DNA from: Selaginella moellendorffii
Lineage: Eukaryota; Plantae; Lycopodiophyta
DNA length: 15,922 nucleotides
Reading direction: 5' to 3'
Assembly: GCF_000143415.4 (NCBI RefSeq)
Contig: NW_003314359.1
Span: 610,692 to 626,613 of the forward strand
Part shown: positions 9,797 through 15,922 of the stretch, piece by piece
Position numbering within the stretch: the first letter of the stretch is position 1
Layout of the letters: every line of letters starts with the position of its first letter
Program-made: the position numbers and the translations under genes
Notes under the pieces: generated by a model
Databases searched by the model: none
What the model saw: only the letters and a program-made list of their open reading frames with translations
What the model was told of the DNA's origin: nothing

Positions 9797-10270
9797 GGGG
9801 AAAATGTGTGGCTAAACACCAAGAACCTAAGGCTACCAAATGGGATCAACTAAAAGTTGACCCAAAGGTAAAATGCATGTATTTTTTTAAATGAGTTGAT
9901 CTTAAGTTCCTTAAGTAGGTTCGCAAAGCCTTACGAGATTGAGGCACGAATTGGTAAAGTGGCTTACCACCTCTAACTTCCTCGAGAGATGGGGAAAATG
10001 CACTCTATATTCCATGTGAACTTCCTCAATCTGTACTTTGAGGATCCGCTTCACAAAGACCAAGTAAAACCTTTCCCTAAAGTTATCCAAGGAGAAAAGG
10101 AATACAAAGTCAAGGCCATCCTCAATGTGTGCAAGAGCAAATGACAAAGACGCGAAGAAAGGGAGTTCTATGTGAAGTGGAAAGGATTTCCACACTACGA
10201 AGCAACATGGGAACCAAAGGAGAACCTAGCGAATGCACGAGATCTGATGGAAAAATTATTGCAAGGTAGA
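9797..10270 (+). pseudogene. pol: Integrase C-terminus (GPY/F region) and chromodomain
   Basis: GENVWLNTKNLRL..KLTQR/FAKPYEIEARIGKVAYHL*LP..MHSIFHVNFL; chromodomain EYKVKAILN..EFYVKWKGFPHYEATWEPKENLANARDLMEK (~10100-10255). Confidence 0.93.
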
Positions 10271-10358
10271 ACTTTATGTACTTATGCAAAATTCAATTAA
10301 AGCATCAATTTGTAAAATTAAGCAATGGCATATATTGGACCCAAAGTTTCGGTTACTG

Positions 10359-11115
10359 NNNNNNNNNNNNNNNNNNNNNNNNNNNNNNNNNNNNNNNNNN
10401 NNNNNNNNNNNNNNNNNNNNNNNNNNNNNNNNNNNNNNNNNNNNNNNNNNNNNNNNNNNNNNNNNNNNNNNNNNNNNNNNNNNNNNNNNNNNNNNNNNNN
10501 NNNNNNNNNNNNNNNNNNNNNNNNNNNNNNNNNNNNNNNNNNNNNNNNNNNNNNNNNNNNNNNNNNNNNNNNNNNNNNNNNNNNNNNNNNNNNNNNNNNN
10601 NNNNNNNNNNNNNNNNNNNNNNNNNNNNNNNNNNNNNNNNNNNNNNNNNNNNNNNNNNNNNNNNNNNNNNNNNNNNNNNNNNNNNNNNNNNNNNNNNNNN
10701 NNNNNNNNNNNNNNNNNNNNNNNNNNNNNNNNNNNNNNNNNNNNNNNNNNNNNNNNNNNNNNNNNNNNNNNNNNNNNNNNNNNNNNNNNNNNNNNNNNNN
10801 NNNNNNNNNNNNNNNNNNNNNNNNNNNNNNNNNNNNNNNNNNNNNNNNNNNNNNNNNNNNNNNNNNNNNNNNNNNNNNNNNNNNNNNNNNNNNNNNNNNN
10901 NNNNNNNNNNNNNNNNNNNNNNNNNNNNNNNNNNNNNNNNNNNNNNNNNNNNNNNNNNNNNNNNNNNNNNNNNNNNNNNNNNNNNNNNNNNNNNNNNNNN
11001 NNNNNNNNNNNNNNNNNNNNNNNNNNNNNNNNNNNNNNNNNNNNNNNNNNNNNNNNNNNNNNNNNNNNNNNNNNNNNNNNNNNNNNNNNNNNNNNNNNNN
11101 NNNNNNNNNNNNNNN
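10359..11115. other. Assembly gap (757 N)
   Basis: N run. The ORFs called across it are artefacts. Confidence 0.99.
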
Positions 11116-11266
11116 AGTCCGAGATCCGAGATCAGTTCCGAGATTGAGTCTGTGATCGAGTCCAAGACAGAGTCCAAGTTCCGAGATCGAGTCCAAGATC
11201 GAGTCCGAGACTGAGTCCAAAATTGAGTCTGAGATCGAGTTTGAGATTGAGTTCAAGACCAAGTCC
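11116..11266 (+). repeat. 12-bp minisatellite (consensus ~GAGTCCRAGATY) at the upstream end of LTR C
   Basis: About 12 degenerate units (gagtccaagatc, gagtccgagact, gagtctgagatc, gagtttgagatt) running into the gap. Confidence 0.85.
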
Positions 11267-12056
11267 AAATTACTAATACAGGTCGTGGGGTGAAAGCCCA
11301 AAGCGTGTCTCTCCCGGGGGGGGGCTGTAGGGGGTTTCAAAAGTATAATAGGGATAGTGAGGTATAAGAACCAATTTTGAAGGAACTCTCTAGTGGTGCT
11401 TCCAAACTAACTTGAGGTTGAGACTAGGGCTTAAAGGCCTTGGTTGGGAGTGAGTATGGACTTGGGTGGTGCTGGAGGGGCCATCCAAGGAAGTGCTCAA
11501 GAGCAGTTCCCACTCTCAGAAGGGAAACCGACTGCGGTGCTCCTAGCTTAATTGGAGTGGTGTCCCACTTGAGTACCTTGCGACTCATTTGTCCTTGCCC
11601 TTCCTAAAGGCTTGGGCCTTCTCTTCGGGATGAAAGTGGGGGAGTAGGTACCTATACCGGGCCGTTAAGCCATGGCATTTCCCCCCGGTGTCCCAGAGCA
11701 AATGTTGCACCAAGGGCTTGGGATTTAAAGGGTTTTATGATCAAGCCTTATTATACCAAGGGATGTTAGGAACTTGGAGGTTTGATATGCTTGGCTGCTT
11801 GCCTGCAGGGAGTGTAGCTGAACCTTAAGTCTAGTCTAATATGGGGAGGGGGATTGGGAGAGAATTTGGGAATCCATGGATGGATGGGTAACACTCTGTT
11901 ACTCGTGCAGTGAGTTACTAAACCCAAGTAGGACCAAGTAGGAGCTGATACAATAGGCAGGAATTTTGGCATGGGAACTTAACTAAGGCTAAGGCCATAG
12001 TGGTCAGATAAATAAGGTAAACTAGCAAATTAAAAAGGAAAAATCTGTGGCTTACA
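11116..12056 (+). mobile_element. Chromovirus LTR copy C (3' LTR; start hidden in the gap)
   Basis: Homologous to LTRs A and B, ends ggcttaCA at 12056, has no PBS after it, and abuts the integrase core of the opposite-strand element. Confidence 0.9.
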
Positions 12057-12498
12057 ATGGGTATGAAATGTGCCATCTTCGAAAACTAGTCCACTACTAC
12101 GAATATCACATCAAACCCCTCACTTCGGGGGAGTTCCGTAATGAAGTTTATTATAAGACATTTCCACAGACGATCTGGAATTGGAATGCTTTGTAACAAG
12201 CCCCCATTAGCCTTAATCACAACTCTAACCTACTGATATGTTGGATATGTCTTTACATAGTCTTGGACATCCTTAGCCATATCTAGTCGGTAATACTTTC
12301 TCTTGAGTAAGCCCATCGTTTTAGGCACTTTGCCATGTTCTGCAAAAGGTCCATCATGACACTCTTCTAAGGGTGCTTGCCTTATGTTCCAGAAGGGCCA
12401 TGTTTTGCAAAAGGTCCATCATGACACTCTTTTAAGGGTACCTGCCTTAGTTCCCCTTCTGGAACATATACCCTTTGTTGTTTTTAATAAATGAGTCC

Positions 12499-12693
12499 TA
12501 TAAGCTCCTAAATTTGGACTTTTCAGGAGGTCACTCAACCTAATACTATTCAAACCCAAGGATGATTAACTCCAAATATCCCAAGACCCTTAACCGATTG
12601 GAAAAAGAAGTGCACTCTTGTTCATGGGCCCTTTCCCTCTATATTTGAACCCCTATGGATCATCTCTCGAGTCGTTCCTTTTAGTTGTTTATA
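12499..12693 (-). mobile_element. Cassandra-like (5S-containing) TRIM solo LTR, copy 2, inserted in pol
   Basis: Termini tataagc...gtttata (probably mutated TGTAAGC...TTACA) and TSD agtcc (12494-12498)/aatcc (12694-12698). Removing it restores pol ..ECNGLIY... It contains the 5S segment. Confidence 0.8.
12516..12571 (-). promoter_or_regulatory. 5S rRNA-derived internal control region (box A, intermediate element, box C; Pol III type 1), degenerate
   Basis: Minus strand agttaatcatccttgggtttgaatagtattaggttgagtgacctcctgaaaagtcc matches the plant 5S segment agttaagcgtgcttgggcgagagtagtactaggatgggtgacctcctgggaagtcc (recalled from memory) at 44/56 positions without gaps. Confidence 0.85.
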
Positions 12694-15206
12694 AATCCAT
12701 TGCATTCCACATAACTTGTTTTCTCTTCCGTTACTAACTCACCTCTTTGGTGAGCATCCTGGACCTTTTGGTTTCTTAGCAACACTTCTTGTGCTAGACC
12801 ATCATTCTCATATATTGTCTATATATCATCCTAAAAAGTTGTTGTCGTGCTGGATATCACCTGCTTCAAGTTTGCTTTTCAACTTAGAACATTTGCCATA
12901 ATGTTGCTCTTCCCAAGTTTATATAGAATCTTGCAATCAAACTTGGTTAAAGCATTGGCCCATTGACCTTGTTTTCCTTGTAAGTCAGGTTGTGATAAGA
13001 AGTGTTTCATTGCTATATTGTCCGTATAAACTTTGAAGTGCCTCCCAAGGTAGTGTCACCACTTCTTGAGCGCCTTGACCATCGAAAATAATTCGTTCTC
13101 ATGGGCAAGCCACTTTTACTAAGCCTTGTCCAACTTCTTCGAGAAGAATGCTACCAGATGGTTATCTTGCTTCAAAATTGCACTCAACACAAAGTCTAAA
13201 GCGTCCGTTTCTACCTTGAAGTCCTTATCAAAGTCTGATAACACTAGCAAATGAGTTTTCTTCAACTTCCCTTAGAGGTGGACAAATAACACCTCATATT
13301 CTATTATCCATATCATCTTCCCTTTTCTTGTTTGGTCCATTAAAGGCAAGGTTACTTTCGAATAGTGTTTGATAGATTTTTAGTAATAATGGTATAGCCT
13401 CAAGAATGCCCTCAACTTGTGAATATTTGATGGTCGTTCCTATTCCTGGATTGCTTGAACCTTCTCAGAATCCACTTTGAGCTCGTCTTTGCCCATCACA
13501 TGCTTAAAAAACTTTACCTTTTGTTAAACAAAGTCATATTTACTCTCTTTAGCATATAAGTTGTGTTCCCTTAGTTTCTCAAATAACTTCATCAAGTGTT
13601 CGGCATGCTCCTCTAGTGTCTCACTATAAATCAGGATGTCGTCAATATAGATAGCTATAAAGTGATCCAGATAAGGTACAAAAATCTGGTTCATTAGTGC
13701 CAAAAGCATTGTCAATGCATTGCACAACCCAAAGGGCATCACTAGAAACTCAAAGCTCATATATTTTGTTCGATAGGTTGTCTTCTCAGCATCTTCCTCT
13801 GCTATTTTGATTTAGTAGTATCCTGATGTTAGGCCAATTCTCGAGAAGTATTTCGCCTTCCTAACATATCGAACAAGTCCTCAATCCTTGGTAAATGGTA
13901 CTTGTTCTTCTTTGTATACTTGTTGAGCAACTGGTAGTTTATGCACATGCGCATAGATCAATCTTTCTTTTTCACAAATAACATTGGTGCCCCATACGGC
14001 AATTTACTCAACCTAACATACCTTTTCCCACAAACTCCTCAAGTTGGCACTTGAGCTCCTTGAGTTTCTTTTCGTTCAACCGATAAAGGGGACGAATCAC
14101 TACGTTAGCACCCTCGACTAACTCAATCTTATGTTCTATTGGTCATATAGGGGGTAATCCCGCTAGTAACTCTTTTGGTATGGTATCTCGAAATTTATTT
14201 AACACTCGCTAGATCACTAAAGGTACTTTTTCTATTCCCCTCTTTTATCACTCCCCACTAAGAGTAAGCACAAAAATGTTGTCTTTGTTCCTTTAGTGAG
14301 TTGTCCTCTCATGGAGCATTAGGTTCAAACAGAAGTATTTGGCCTTACATTACCCTACTTTTATATCTTGGGACTCCACCCTGGATCATTCTCTTTGGGT
14401 ATTCGCCAGTACCACAAGGTTCCTACGTTGTTCATGCAGGGCTACCACAAGCTGATTGAACCAATCCATCCCAAAGATCATGTTAAACCCTACTATATCC
14501 AACACGGTGAAATCCATGTCTACTTTCCATATCCCTATTTCGACTCAAGCTCTATTTCGTTAAAGTGGGATTTATTCAGTAAAATGGGACTAGGTACAAA
14601 TTTTCAAGTATTTGAAAATGAATTGAAATTATATGTTTTTTGTCCAGGGGCTAGACATATCTGGGGCATGGTGACTAGCGCGGTGACCTTATGTCCAGAC
14701 TGAGTCCATCTAGTTGTATAATAAATCTCATTGTCAAGGTGAACAAGCTGAATCTGAAGCTAAAGAAGAGTGATGGCATGCGCGCACACACTATTTGTTT
14801 GTTCATTGAGCGTGTGGTGAGCTTTCCAAGATGAACATCATTCCTATTAGCCAGACATATAACTTAATGGTGAGAACATTTAGATATTATTCAATGTTAT
14901 CTTTTTCTAACGAATCTAATTGTGAAGGTGTAGCAAGAGGCATTGCTAGTCTGGAGAAGTCATTTAACTCATTTGACCCTTAGTGTATTTTCATGAAACT
15001 AAATAACATTCATATTATTAAGGAATTTCTCTAGTACCTTTTTTTTACGACATAGAGGCTTGCATTTCTTTCAAAGGTGATTTAGTAAAAGGCCTGAGGG
15101 CACATGCCATTCTATTTCTCAGACCGGTATTAAGATATACTAGTGCAAAGGGAAAAAGGTATTTGGTGATCAAGTAAATGGCATGAGGGCACACGCCATT
15201 ATAAGC

Positions 15207-15464
15207 CTAAGCGCTAGTGGACACCTCCTTTTTGGTACTCTCAGCGGTACTATCATCCTTCTCTGGGTCAGTTGTTTTGCTTTGGATTGTTGTCTCTGAC
15301 GTTACTGGGGCGTTCTCGATAGTTGTTAATGTTGCCATTTGTTCAGAAAAATGATCACCTGGAGTATAGTACGGGGAGTTTGGAAGACTTATATATTCTA
15401 CATCTTCACCTATCTCCTTCTCCGTCTCCTTTTCTGCCTCACTTACAGATTTTGTGCTTGCCAT
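15207..15464 (-). CDS. Possible small acidic, Ser/Thr-rich ORF or exon (85 aa), function unknown
   Basis: Stop-free MASTKSVSEAEKETEKEIGEDVEYISLPNSPYYTPG... with a disordered-protein-like composition. No domain recognised. Confidence 0.25.
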   Translation of the reverse strand: MASTKSVSEAEKETEKEIGEDVEYISLPNSPYYTPGDHFSEQMATLTTIENAPVTSETTIQSKTTDPEKDDSTAESTKKEVSTSA

Positions 15465-15679
15465 GAGAACGCTCTTCACCCTAAAATATGGAGTTCGTTG
15501 TGTTATAAAAGGAAACCAACACACACGCTGCAAGGGAATGATGGTACATAAAGCACGTAAGCCCACAATATGGGTTTATGTGCCATTAATATGGGCCACA
15601 CGCCATATTATTAGATTTATGCACGTGTGATTGGTAAATGCATATGTCACATCATCTTTGTTTTACCTCACACACTATA

Positions 15680-15922
15680 TCAAGCCTCCTCTGATTCAGA
15701 TTCGGATTGTTCACCTTGAAATAAAATACATTAGAAACTTTGTAAAGGAATATTAATGAATCTCACCTTGAACCCGAGTTATGAATGCTCTTGCTGCATC
15801 TCTTGCATGGTCTGGCAAGGTGATGGTGGCACTCTGCTTCCGCATCCAACCATGCACAACATTATCCACCGATATGCTCATGCTGGGATCCCTTGGATTC
15901 AGCACCCATCTCTTTTCTAGGC
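15680..15922 (-). CDS. 3' end of a spliced gene of unknown identity, possibly transposon-encoded (exons >15922-15767 and 15714-15680)
   Basis: Open frame LEKRWVLNPRDPSMSISVDNVVHGWMRKQSATITLPDHARDAARAFITRVQ, then a GTGAG...CTAAT...TTTCAAG intron (15766-15715), then G-EQSESESEEA-stop. GC-richer exon, AT-rich intron. Confidence 0.55.

Larger units (their letters stand above)
6104..12056 (+). mobile_element. Rearranged, decayed Ty3/gypsy chromovirus (Galadriel-like) LTR retrotransposon
   Basis: Contains LTR plus iMet PBS, gag, protease, RT (YIDD), the GPY/F region, a chromodomain and a 3' LTR. The lineage is inferred from the RT motif KTTCQTRYGSFEFLVMPFG, the Gag motif ..KVVEDWFYDMEDYF and a classical chromodomain. 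Many stops and frameshifts. Confidence 0.85.
12057..14545 (-). pseudogene. pol: Second decayed chromovirus pol (PR C-terminus, RT, RNase H, integrase zinc finger and core start)
   Basis: Minus strand reads SFEFLVMPFGLCNA..IAIYIDDILIYSE; FKVETDA (RNase H); LYKLGKSNIMANVLS; RVYVPEG..ECHDGPFAEHG; [29 protein letters not shown], and is cut at 12057 by LTR C. Confidence 0.95.

Noticed and set aside
9911-10195. Antisense ORFs (also 5668-5874, 6835-7029, 11766-11972, 12716-12901, 14368-14703)
   Set aside because: They are shadow frames of pol, gag or LTR sequence.
11116-11266. CRISPR-like array
   Set aside because: Contiguous degenerate 12-mers with no unique spacers, in a eukaryotic LTR context.
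10276-11340. Five long ORFs of 274-340 aa
   Set aside because: They consist mostly of X from the N gap plus minisatellite translation.
12516-12571. Functional 5S rRNA gene
   Set aside because: Only ~56 of ~120 nt are present, the boxes are mutated, and it sits inside a TSD-flanked element.
14648-14737. Possible exon with a Ulp1-protease-like segment (GLDISGAW*LAR*PYVQTESI*LYINLIVK)
   Set aside because: It has three stops in 30 codons and the resemblance is too vague to support.

Overview
Eukaryotic, AT-rich, transposon-dense plant-type DNA with two assembly gaps (4774-4873 and 10359-11115). No intact host gene or prokaryotic system is visible. The core (5383-14545) is a nest of decayed Ty3/gypsy chromoviruses whose Gag, RT and chromodomain motifs look Galadriel-like. 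It has three near-complete related LTRs, two of them head-to-head, and two tRNA-iMet-type primer-binding sites. The + strand element has shuffled and partly inverted gag/PR/RT/IN segments, and its 3' LTR abuts the integrase of an opposite-strand copy of the same family. The most notable feature is a pair of very short (168 and 195 bp) solo LTRs with near-perfect 5-bp target-site duplications. They carry the 5S rRNA internal-promoter segment (Cassandra-TRIM-like), and one terminus resembles the chromovirus LTR end, which suggests a possible mobilising partner. Also seen are two ~50-nt intron-like segments flanked by direct repeats, a templated duplication/inversion scar, and the spliced 3' end of an unidentified gene at the right edge. 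All alignments were done by eye.
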